Shown here piece after piece: positions 9,979 to 18,086 of a stretch of 64,000 nt of DNA (within the stretch, counting starts at the first letter, position 1; the number at the start of each line of letters is the position of its first letter). The position numbers and the translations under genes are program-made. The stretch spans positions 2,912,001 to 2,976,000 of the forward strand of contig OZ252098.1 in NCBI GenBank assembly GCA_965248355.1. Direction: 5' to 3'. A model generated the notes under the pieces. That model did no database searches, was not told the origin of the DNA, and saw only the letters and a list, made by a program, of their open reading frames with translations. The stretch is from Candidatus Latescibacterota bacterium. GTDB lineage: Bacteria; Latescibacterota; UBA2968; UBA8231.

Positions 9979-10884
9979 ATGCGTCCTTACCTCGTTTCCC
10001 TCCTGACCCTCGGACCGATCCTGGGCCTCGCCCCCGGTGCCCACGCCCACATCGGCGACGAGGTCTACCCCTTCTTCGAGCTGCTCGACGAAGACCTGGA
10101 CCGGATCGACCTGAGCGATGGCAGCGTCGAGGACTGGTACGAGGTCGTCGGCGAGCCCTCGTTGACGGCCAGCGACTTCGTCTGGGAGGATCAGTCGTAC
10201 GATCCGTCGGATGTGGACTTCCGAATCTGGCTCGGCTGGCACCAGGGCAGCAGTACGATCTGGATCGCCATGGAGCGCGTCGATGACCTCTACTTCAACC
10301 TCTACGACGGGGACGAACCTTGGGAGATGCAGAACTGGGATTCCAGCCTCCGCTTCATGGTCGACGGCGACCACACAGGTGGGGAATACAGCTACTTTCT
10401 CGGGAGGTATTTCGAAGACTGCACGGCCGAGCAAGTCCTGGAGGACAACCGTCAGGCGCAGGAGTGGATGGCGATCGCCGAGACCCCCAACGGCGAGCAT
10501 CTGTTTCACTTCGGTGCCAGCAAATGGGTGGCGGGGAAGCCGTACGCTGCCGCCGGGGGCGGTGCCATCGGTCAGAGCCCGGTCACCACGGTCACCGAGG
10601 TCAAGGTGACGCCCTTCGACGACCTCATCTACGACGACGAAGACGCCTCCGAGGCCTCGCGATTCTACCCTGGCAAGACCATCGGGTTCGAGATAGTCAC
10701 CTACGACAAGGACGGGCTCGGGCAGAAGAGCCGTCTGTCGCTAACCGGCAGCACGCGTGCACTGAGAAACGCCGATTTCCTCCACGACGGCCTGTTGGTG
10801 GGGGCTGGAGAGCAGCAGGGCCTTGACGACGGCTCCGCCGTGGAGCCGTCCTCCTGGGGAAGGATCAAGGCGGCCCTGGAGTAG
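9979..10884 (+). CDS. Secreted CBM9/DOMON-like protein, paralog 1, with SAVEPSSWGRIK tail
   Basis: Signal peptide AHA|HIGD; VDGDH, E-x-K-V-TPFD, PGKTIGF..DKD pattern; clearly similar to three other genes in the window. Confidence 0.7.
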   Translation: MRPYLVSLLTLGPILGLAPGAHAHIGDEVYPFFELLDEDLDRIDLSDGSVEDWYEVVGEPSLTASDFVWEDQSYDPSDVDFRIWLGWHQGSSTIWIAMERVDDLYFNLYDGDEPWEMQNWDSSLRFMVDGDHTGGEYSYFLGRYFEDCTAEQVLEDNRQAQEWMAIAETPNGEHLFHFGASKWVAGKPYAAAGGGAIGQSPVTTVTEVKVTPFDDLIYDDEDASEASRFYPGKTIGFEIVTYDKDGLGQKSRLSLTGSTRALRNADFLHDGLLVGAGEQQGLDDGSAVEPSSWGRIKAALE

Positions 10885-10935
10885 CCTGGGTGGTATCGAG
10901 CACGAGCAGAGGTCTGGGCCCGGGTGGCCGAAGAA

Positions 10936-11361
10936 TCAGGCCGAATTCGCGGCGGGGTGCACGTCCTGAAAGGTGACGAGTTGGGCAAGAGCCAGCCGAA
11001 CCGTCAGGTTGTTGTTCTCATAGCCGGAGATGCCCGCATGGGACGGATCTTCGGCGGTAGGCATGCGCTCAATAGCCAATAGCCGGTTGCCCCTTTCCCC
11101 CGCTTCCTTTGCAGCTCGAACATTCAGGACCGCAAACCTGCCGCTCCTGGCAACCTGGTATCCCTTCTCCCGGAAAGCCTGCCTGACTCCTTTAACCGCC
11201 TTCTCCAATGACGGCTGGCCGAAGTACTCGAGCCAGTTGACCGAGAGATGGTCCTCACCCTGCCTCAAGCTGAAGGCCTGCTCCGTGGGCAACCCATCCT
11301 CGTCGACGGCCGATGGCTTGCAGTACCTGGAAACATGATCCGTGTCGGGCAACGCCGTCAT
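10936..11361 (-). CDS. Hypothetical protein, possible ADP-ribosyltransferase-like (Tse2/RES-like) fold
   Basis: SRY...AF...LSVNW...SHAGI motif order; lower GC; overlaps upstream partner (ATGA). Confidence 0.55.
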   Translation of the reverse strand: MTALPDTDHVSRYCKPSAVDEDGLPTEQAFSLRQGEDHLSVNWLEYFGQPSLEKAVKGVRQAFREKGYQVARSGRFAVLNVRAAKEAGERGNRLLAIERMPTAEDPSHAGISGYENNNLTVRLALAQLVTFQDVHPAANSA

Positions 11362-11822
11362 GGACGGTGCATCCGCATCGTGAACGGCTCGATGGCCGCC
11401 ATGACCTCACTCCTCGGCGAGGTGCCGCTGATATTCCACTGATCCTCCGGGTCACCGGGACTGGACAGCGCGGCAAACCGGATCGATCCCGAAGCAAGGA
11501 ATTCCATTGCCATGACGTCGTTGGAGGGAGCCCTCCACTGCGCGGAGAGAAGACCTTCCGCGCCGAGAGAAATCTGTGGGTGAGGAAGCTGCCGTTCGCC
11601 AACGAGAAAGGTGGCAAGGGAACGCAAGGATTCGATTTGCATGGGGGGGTGTTCGGGGTCTTCGTCAACGACCTGCTGGAGGTAGTCCAGGCGAGCAGCG
11701 ATCCTTTCAAGTCCGGATCGCCGGAGGAATGCAACTACCCCCTCGCACGTGTCGTACCGCTCTTGGGTGATCATGGCCTCAATCCCTCGGAGCCCTTCGC
11801 GATTGGTTTCCACCGGGTACAA
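11358..11822 (-). CDS. Hypothetical protein (partner of 10936..11361)
   Basis: 154-aa ORF with protein-like composition, translationally coupled to the downstream ORF; start uncertain. Confidence 0.55.
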   Translation of the reverse strand: MYPVETNREGLRGIEAMITQERYDTCEGVVAFLRRSGLERIAARLDYLQQVVDEDPEHPPMQIESLRSLATFLVGERQLPHPQISLGAEGLLSAQWRAPSNDVMAMEFLASGSIRFAALSSPGDPEDQWNISGTSPRSEVMAAIEPFTMRMHRP

Positions 11823-12011
11823 ACACGGTCGGCCGCCTTGGGGTCAAGAAATCGTCGGGACGACCGCCAGTCTCACCGGGCAATATCCGTGCCGGACTAG
11901 TCCCCCTTGGGGCCTCCCGGCTTGGGGCCTCCCGGCCGCTCCAGCCACGCCTGCACCCCCGATCTTCCCCTATATTCCCGCTTCCCCCAAGCCACGGGAG
12001 CACCTGACCAC

Positions 12012-13577
12012 ATGCATCTGCACTGGTTCGACTTCCTCATCGTGCTCGTCTACGTGGGCGGCACGATCACCGCCGGCCTGCTGGCGCGCTCGGCGATCCG
12101 GGGCATCTCGGACTTCCTCGTCGCCGGCCGCAGCCTGACGACGCACACGGCCGTGGCCACCATGGTCTCCACCGGCCTCGGCCTGGTGACGGTCATGTAT
12201 TTCGCCGAGGAGGGCTTCGTCAACGGCTTCTCGCCCTTCATCCTCGGGGTGATCGCCACCGGCGCCCACATCGTCATCGGCAAGACCGGCTTCCTCGTGA
12301 GCCGGCTGCGCCACCTGCGCATCATGACCGTGCCGGAGATGTACGAGCTGAAGTACTCCCGGGGCGTGCGCCTCCTCGGGGGCTGCATCCTCGGCCTGGC
12401 CGGCACCCTCAACATGAGCCTCTTCCCCATCCTCGGCTCCAAGTTCGTCGTCGGCTTCACCGGCATGCCCGAGAGCTGGACGAACCCGGTGATGATCGCC
12501 TTGCTGGTCATCGTCGTGTTCTACACCCTCATGGGCGGCATGGTCTCGGTGGTGCTCACCGACTTCGCCCAGTTCGTGCTGCTCACCCTCGGCTTCTTCC
12601 TGGGCACCTTCTTCATCCTCAACCACCCCGACCTGGGCTTCGGCACCATCGTCAGCTCGCTGGAAACGCACAAGGGAGCCGCCGCCTTCGACCCCATCGG
12701 CAACCCCTCCTTCGGGTGGACCTTCATCATCTACTTCCTGTGCGTCTCCTTCGTGGGCATCGTCTGGCAGCCGGAGATGTCGCGGCCCCTGTCGGCCGAG
12801 AACGCCCGCGTGGCGCGGCGCATCTTCTGGATCCAGGGGCTGACCTCGGCCGGCCGCGCCCTTGTGCCCATGTTCTGGGGCGCCGCCGCCTTCGCCTGGA
12901 CGCGGCTGCCCTCGTACGCCGGCGCCTACGCCCAGGACGGCCAGTCGGCGGTGCCGGAGATGCTCGGCCAGATCCTGCCCGCCGGGGCCGCGGGGCTGCT
13001 GCTGGCCGGCATGTTCGCCGCCTTCATGTCCACCCACGACTCCTACCTGCTGGCCTGGAGCGGCGTCATCGTGCGCGACGTCATCTCGCCGATCAAGGCG
13101 ATGCGCGCCGGCAGCGACCAGCAGCGCCACGGCGACGACACCTGGGGCGGGCTGAGCAGCCGCGAGGAGATCTACTGGACGCGGGCCATCATCGTCTGCC
13201 TGGCGGTGCTGCTGGCCCTGTTCGGCATCTTCTTCATCGACCGCCTGCCCGAGACGGCGATGAAGTTCATGTACCTCACCGGCACCATCTACTTCGCCGG
13301 CACCGTGGGCACCGTGGTCCTGGGCCTCTACTGGAAGAAGGCCAACCGCGTGGGCGCCTACTGCGCCCTGGTCCTGGGCGCCACCGGGCCCCTCAACTTC
13401 CTGATCATGAGCGTCTTCCCCGAGCTGGTGCCCGAGGCCCTGCGCGGCTTCGTGGAGAACTCGAACCTGACCAACTTCTCGAGCCTGGTCCTCGGCGGCC
13501 TGGGCATGATCGTGGGCTCGCTGCTGACGCAGAAGAAGTACCCGCCCCGCCACATCGACTTCGGCGACATGGAGTAA
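12012..13577 (+). CDS. Sodium:solute symporter family protein
   Basis: DFLVAGRSL, YTLMGGMVSVVLTD, AAFMSTHDS, many TM helices. Confidence 0.92.
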   Translation: MHLHWFDFLIVLVYVGGTITAGLLARSAIRGISDFLVAGRSLTTHTAVATMVSTGLGLVTVMYFAEEGFVNGFSPFILGVIATGAHIVIGKTGFLVSRLRHLRIMTVPEMYELKYSRGVRLLGGCILGLAGTLNMSLFPILGSKFVVGFTGMPESWTNPVMIALLVIVVFYTLMGGMVSVVLTDFAQFVLLTLGFFLGTFFILNHPDLGFGTIVSSLETHKGAAAFDPIGNPSFGWTFIIYFLCVSFVGIVWQPEMSRPLSAENARVARRIFWIQGLTSAGRALVPMFWGAAAFAWTRLPSYAGAYAQDGQSAVPEMLGQILPAGAAGLLLAGMFAAFMSTHDSYLLAWSGVIVRDVISPIKAMRAGSDQQRHGDDTWGGLSSREEIYWTRAIIVCLAVLLALFGIFFIDRLPETAMKFMYLTGTIYFAGTVGTVVLGLYWKKANRVGAYCALVLGATGPLNFLIMSVFPELVPEALRGFVENSNLTNFSSLVLGGLGMIVGSLLTQKKYPPRHIDFGDME

Positions 13578-13582
13578 GGACG

Positions 13583-13735
13583 ATGGAAACCACCACCTGG
13601 ATCGAGATCTGGAGCTACGTCTTCCTGCTGGCCAGCGGCCTGTTCTACGGCACCGTGGCCGTGGTCGCCCTCAAGGGTTTCGGCGACGTGGCGAACATGG
13701 TGAAGGCCATGATCGCCCGGGGGAGGGAGCCGTAA
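13583..13735 (+). CDS. Small single-TM membrane protein (SSS accessory-like)
   Basis: METTTWIEIWSYVF..., RBS (AAGGA) directly after the SSS stop. Confidence 0.65.
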   Translation: METTTWIEIWSYVFLLASGLFYGTVAVVALKGFGDVANMVKAMIARGREP

Positions 13736-13824
13736 GGCCACCCCTCCCGGGGCTTTGCGAAATCGGCGTGGGGGGCCCTCTACCAGTGGCCGTGCCCCCC
13801 TCCCCGAGAACAAGGAGGAGCCCC

Positions 13825-14775
13825 ATGCGCACCTCCCCCATCTTCCTGCTGGCCCTTGCCCCTCTCTTGGGCATCAATAGCGTCACCCACGCCCACATCG
13901 GCGACGAGATCTACCCCTTCTACGAGCTGCTCGACGAGGACCTCGACCTCATCGACCTCACTGACGGCAGCGTCGAGGACTGGCTCGAGGTCGTCGGTGA
14001 ACCCTCGCTGACGGCCGCCGACTTCTACTACCCGTACTCCAGCTACGATCCAACAAACTGTGACAACCGTTTCTGGCTCGGCTGGCACCGGCGCAGCGGT
14101 ACCCTCTGGGTCGCCATGGAGCGCTTCGATGACATCTACTTCAACAACTATGCGGGAAAGATTGTCGAGGGGCTGATTCTCCCTACGATGCATCTCTGGG
14201 ATTCCTACTTCAGCTTCATGGTCGACGGCGACCACTCCGGCGGCCCGTACTGGTTTTCATTCAACAGCTGCGAGGGGTGCACGGTCGAGGAGGCCAAGGT
14301 CCTGAACAACCGCCAGGCCCAGCACTGGATGGCCATCGCCGAGGCGGCGGACGGCCAGCACGTGGGCTATGTCGGCGCCAGCGAGTGGGCCGTGAGGGAG
14401 CCGTACGCCGCGGCCGGAGGCGGCGTCCTCGGCGCCACCCCTGCGACCACGGTCACCGAGATGAAGGTGACCCCCTTCGACGACCTCATCTACAACGACG
14501 AGGCCGCTTCCGTAGCCTCGGAGTTGTATCCCGGCAAGATCATCGGGTTCACCATCCATACGACCGACAACGACGCCACCGAGTACAGTGACGGAATGGG
14601 TCCGTCGCGCCGCCAGCGGCTGTCCGGCGAGGTGCGGACCGGGCACTTCGCCGATTTCTTCGTCGACGGCCTGCTCGTCGGCGCCGGAGAGGATCCATCC
14701 CGCTACGACGACCGTTCCGCCGTGGAGCCGTCCTCCTGGGGGCGGATCAAGGCCGCCCTCCGAGTGGGTCCCTAA
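13825..14775 (+). CDS. Secreted CBM9/DOMON-like protein, paralog 2
   Basis: AGGAGG RBS, signal peptide THA|HIGD, same scaffold and SAVEPSSWGRIKAAL tail. Confidence 0.7.
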   Translation: MRTSPIFLLALAPLLGINSVTHAHIGDEIYPFYELLDEDLDLIDLTDGSVEDWLEVVGEPSLTAADFYYPYSSYDPTNCDNRFWLGWHRRSGTLWVAMERFDDIYFNNYAGKIVEGLILPTMHLWDSYFSFMVDGDHSGGPYWFSFNSCEGCTVEEAKVLNNRQAQHWMAIAEAADGQHVGYVGASEWAVREPYAAAGGGVLGATPATTVTEMKVTPFDDLIYNDEAASVASELYPGKIIGFTIHTTDNDATEYSDGMGPSRRQRLSGEVRTGHFADFFVDGLLVGAGEDPSRYDDRSAVEPSSWGRIKAALRVGP

Positions 14776-14963
14776 GCGGGCAGACGCCGCCAGCTCGACC
14801 TGGGACTCGGTGCCCCGTAGTACCCCGGGACCGTTGGTGAATGCTCGACGCCTGCCTTGAGGACGGCATCCGCCCGGCCCCGCTTGCTCCGGATTATCCC
14901 CGCGCATATACTGCACATATATTCACCGTCCTCCGGCGCCCGCGACAAAGGCAGGCCGCCCCC

Positions 14964-16049
14964 ATGCCCGACCCCATCGCCCCCCAGCCTCCCGGCAAGA
15001 GGGGCCGCGCCGCCGGCTTCAACCCCCCCAACCGCTTCGAGCCCCTGCACCTGGAGCCCGACCCGGCCGAGCCCGGCGAGGAGGGCTTTCAGGAGCGGGT
15101 CCCCACCAGCTACCTGATCGACGCCAGCCGCTCGATCCTGGCCGAGAACGACTCGCCCGACGTCGGCTTCCGCTTCAGCCTGAACCCCTACCGCGGCTGC
15201 GAGCACGGCTGCGTCTACTGCTACGCCCGGCCCAGCCACGAGTACCTGGGGTTCTCGGCGGGGCTCGACTTCGAGACCAAGATCCTGGTCAAGGAGCAGG
15301 CCCCGGAGCTGCTGGAGGCGGCCCTGCGCAAGAGGTCGTGGCAGCCGCAGGTCGTGGCCCTGTCGGGCAACACCGACTGCTACCAGCCGGTGGAGCGGCG
15401 GCTTCAGCTCACGCGGCGGTGCCTGGAGGTGTTCCTCAAGTTCCGCAACCCGGTGAGCCTGATCACCAAGAACCACCTGGTCACGCGCGACCTCGACATC
15501 CTTGAGAGCATGGCGGCCCTCGACCTGGTGCACGTGACCCTGTCGATCACCAGCCTCGACCGCCGGCTCACGGCGGCCATGGAGCCGCGCACGTCGCGGC
15601 CCGAGCGGCGGCTGCAAGCCCTTGAGGAGCTGTCCCGGGCCGGCGTGCCGGCAGGGGTCAACGTGGCGCCCCTGATCCCGGGGCTCAACGATTCGGAGGC
15701 GCCGGCCATCCTGGAGGCGGCGGCGGCGCGGGGGGCGCGCTGGGCCCACTACATCCTGGTGCGCCTGCCCGGGGCCGTGCGGCCCCTGTTCCTGGACTGG
15801 CTGCAGCGCCACTACCCCGACCGGGCGAGCAAGGTCGTGCACCGGCTCGAGGCGGTGCGGGGGGGACAGCTCTCCGACGCCCGCTACGGCAGCCGCATGC
15901 GGGGCGAGGGGGAGCTGGCGGAGCTGGTGAGCCGGTTCTTCGAGATCGCCAAGAGGCGGCACGGGCTGGACCGGGATGGGCACGAGCTGGCCGTGCACCG
16001 GTTCCGGCGCCAGGGGGCGGATCAGCTGGAGCTGTTCGGGGAGGGGTGA
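14964..16049 (+). CDS. PA0069/SplB-like radical SAM protein
   Basis: [19 protein letters not shown] (CxxxCxxC), NTDCYQP, C-terminal QLELF. Confidence 0.9.
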   Translation: MPDPIAPQPPGKRGRAAGFNPPNRFEPLHLEPDPAEPGEEGFQERVPTSYLIDASRSILAENDSPDVGFRFSLNPYRGCEHGCVYCYARPSHEYLGFSAGLDFETKILVKEQAPELLEAALRKRSWQPQVVALSGNTDCYQPVERRLQLTRRCLEVFLKFRNPVSLITKNHLVTRDLDILESMAALDLVHVTLSITSLDRRLTAAMEPRTSRPERRLQALEELSRAGVPAGVNVAPLIPGLNDSEAPAILEAAAARGARWAHYILVRLPGAVRPLFLDWLQRHYPDRASKVVHRLEAVRGGQLSDARYGSRMRGEGELAELVSRFFEIAKRRHGLDRDGHELAVHRFRRQGADQLELFGEG

Positions 16050-16089
16050 GGGCGGCTGCCCGGACTGCCCGGGGCCTCCCGGCGGCCTG

Positions 16090-16632
16090 TTGGCCCTCGC
16101 CCTGGCCGGGGGCCTGGTCGTCGTGGACGGTCCGCCCGGCTCCCTGCTGAACCGGCTGCCGCGGAGCCAGTGGCAGCAACTGCCCCGGGGCACCCCCGCC
16201 CCCGACTTCCAGCTGGCCGCGGTCGCAGGATCCGGACTGGAACTGGCCGACCTGAAGGGCCGGTCCTCGGCAGTCGTGTTCGTCACCACCACCTGCCGCT
16301 ACTGCAACGAGTTGAAGGCCAACCTGCTCGGCGCGGGGCTGCCGGACCTGGATGGGCGCCTGGTCTTCATCAACGGTCCCGACGACGGTCCGTCAGCAGA
16401 GCCGCCCGAGGACAGCGTCGAGGCGCGGATCCGCGACTTGTACCCCGTCCTTCAGGACACCACGGGAGAGACGTCGCTGGCGTACTACGCCGTCAGCGTG
16501 CCCACGGCCTACCGGCTCGACCCGGAGGGCACGGTGGCGGCGGCGGCCCGGGGCGTCGAGCCGGTCCAGGAACTGGTCGAGGAGCTGGCCCAGGCCGTGG
16601 CCTTGGACGAGGACTGCCGGTCGTGTCGCTAG
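16090..16632 (+). CDS. Membrane-anchored TlpA/peroxiredoxin-like thiol-disulfide oxidoreductase
   Basis: APDFQL...LADLKGR, TTTCRYC, VSVPTAYRLD (cis-Pro loop), C-terminal CRSC; start uncertain (in-frame TTG 16090; may be 5'-truncated). Confidence 0.7.
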   Translation: MALALAGGLVVVDGPPGSLLNRLPRSQWQQLPRGTPAPDFQLAAVAGSGLELADLKGRSSAVVFVTTTCRYCNELKANLLGAGLPDLDGRLVFINGPDDGPSAEPPEDSVEARIRDLYPVLQDTTGETSLAYYAVSVPTAYRLDPEGTVAAAARGVEPVQELVEELAQAVALDEDCRSCR

Positions 16633-17675
16633 GCGATCCTGTCCTTTGGGTGGAGCTGGCGATGCTGTCGGCGCTGCTGACGGCCGGCCTCTGTGTCGCC
16701 TACACGGATCTCCGGTTCCAGCGGGTGCCGAACCGCTACACCTTGGGGCTGCTCGGCATCGGCGTGACCGGCCAGGTGGCGATGGTGGGACTGGGCGTGG
16801 GCGGCTGGAACCAGGTCGCAGGGACCCTGCTCCTGGGGCTGGGCGTGGCGCTCCTGATGATGCTGGCGGGGGTCTGGTCGCCGGGCGACGCCAAGATGTA
16901 CTGGGCGGCCGTGGCCGCCCTGCCGCCGAGCCTGTGCCCGGTGGGGAAATGGCTCTCCCTGGAAACGCCTCCGGCCGCTCTCATAGTCAACGCCCTGGTC
17001 GCCTACGTCGCAGTGCTCCTGGCGGTGGTGGCCTGGCGTCAACGGCCGTTGAAGACGGTCAAGGGAAACCGGGGGCCATGGCTGCAGGCCGCCGCCGGGC
17101 TGGGGGGCCTGCTCGGCTTGGCCCTGAGCTTCGCCCAGCTCGTCCTGAACCGGCCCCTGAGCTACCTGGAAGCCTTCGCGTTCCTCGTCGTGGGATACCG
17201 CCTGCTGGAGTGGGGCCTGAAGCCGGATAGGCGTCCGGTGGTGATGATCCCCGGGCTGGCGGCTCTCGCGCTGCTGGCCGTGTCGACCGGCGGCTGGAAG
17301 GACTATCTCCTGATCTGGGCTACGACGTGGCTGCTGGAGCTGGCCTTTCAGCAGGTACGGCACGGGAGCGGGCGGGCCTTCGGGTACGAAGTGCCGATAG
17401 GGCGGCTTCAGCCGGGGGCGATCCTGCGGCACCGGATGATCCTGGCCGGGGACGATGGGGCGGAGGTGATCTGGGAGGGCGGGGAGAGCCTCGATCGGGA
17501 AAGGGTCAACCTGCTGCAAAAGCGGACGGCCTCCGGCGACCTGCCCCGGAGGGTCGAGCTGGCGCGGGCCATGCCCTTCGTCCCCTTCCTCGTGCTTGGC
17601 GGGCTAGCCACCGCCGCCTTCGGCGGCCACTTGGCCCCGCCCTTGAGGGCCTTGCTCGTGTGGCTCAACGGATGA
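16623..17675 (+). CDS. A24 family prepilin/preflagellin peptidase (GxGD-type aspartic protease, FlaK-like long form)
   Basis: YTDLRFQRVPN (Asp1), SPGDAK (Asp2), multiple TM helices, C-terminal AMPFVPFL. Confidence 0.85.
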   Translation: MSLGDPVLWVELAMLSALLTAGLCVAYTDLRFQRVPNRYTLGLLGIGVTGQVAMVGLGVGGWNQVAGTLLLGLGVALLMMLAGVWSPGDAKMYWAAVAALPPSLCPVGKWLSLETPPAALIVNALVAYVAVLLAVVAWRQRPLKTVKGNRGPWLQAAAGLGGLLGLALSFAQLVLNRPLSYLEAFAFLVVGYRLLEWGLKPDRRPVVMIPGLAALALLAVSTGGWKDYLLIWATTWLLELAFQQVRHGSGRAFGYEVPIGRLQPGAILRHRMILAGDDGAEVIWEGGESLDRERVNLLQKRTASGDLPRRVELARAMPFVPFLVLGGLATAAFGGHLAPPLRALLVWLNG

Positions 17676-17780
17676 ATTCGCACCCCCTGCGGCTGAGAGA
17701 GGAGGCATGTGGCGCACAGCAGGATGGAATGGAGGAGTCTCGGAATCAACGCAGTTCATTTCCTTACGGAGGAGTGAGTT

Positions 17781-18086
17781 ATGTTGAAGCGGTTTCGTAA
17801 CCTTGTGGGCGGCTTCATCGCCAGCGAGGACGGCGTCAGGCAGCAGGCGATCCTGCCCGTGGCCTGGGTCGGTGCCGTGATGATGGCTGGGGCCGTCGTG
17901 CTAAACATGCCCGACAAGGCGCAGGCCAGCACCTATTGTTGGGCGGGTGGGTGCCCCAACACGAGCCCCGCTGTCAACTGCAACTATGAGTGTCAGAACA
18001 GCAGCAGCTGCGAGCAGAATTGGGGCACATGCCTCTACTATGGTTCATCGGGGCTCAAGCGCTGCCGGTGTCAGGACCCGTCGTAG
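17781..18086 (+). CDS. Cys-rich defensin-like peptide precursor with Flp-pilin-like leader
   Basis: GGAGGAG RBS; leader ...FIASEDG|V, hydrophobic segment, AQA site, 52-aa core with 8 Cys including CxxxC, GxC, CxC. Confidence 0.75.
   Translation: MLKRFRNLVGGFIASEDGVRQQAILPVAWVGAVMMAGAVVLNMPDKAQASTYCWAGGCPNTSPAVNCNYECQNSSSCEQNWGTCLYYGSSGLKRCRCQDPS

Noticed and set aside
14964..16049. Radical SAM gene as maturase for either peptide system
   Set aside because: It is a PA0069/SplB-like DNA-repair type with no SPASM or RRE domain, and such genes are common outside peptide clusters.
17781..18086. Ordinary Flp pilin
   Set aside because: Lacks the +5 Glu/Tyr motif, carries an 8-Cys domain after an AQA site, and no tad genes are nearby.
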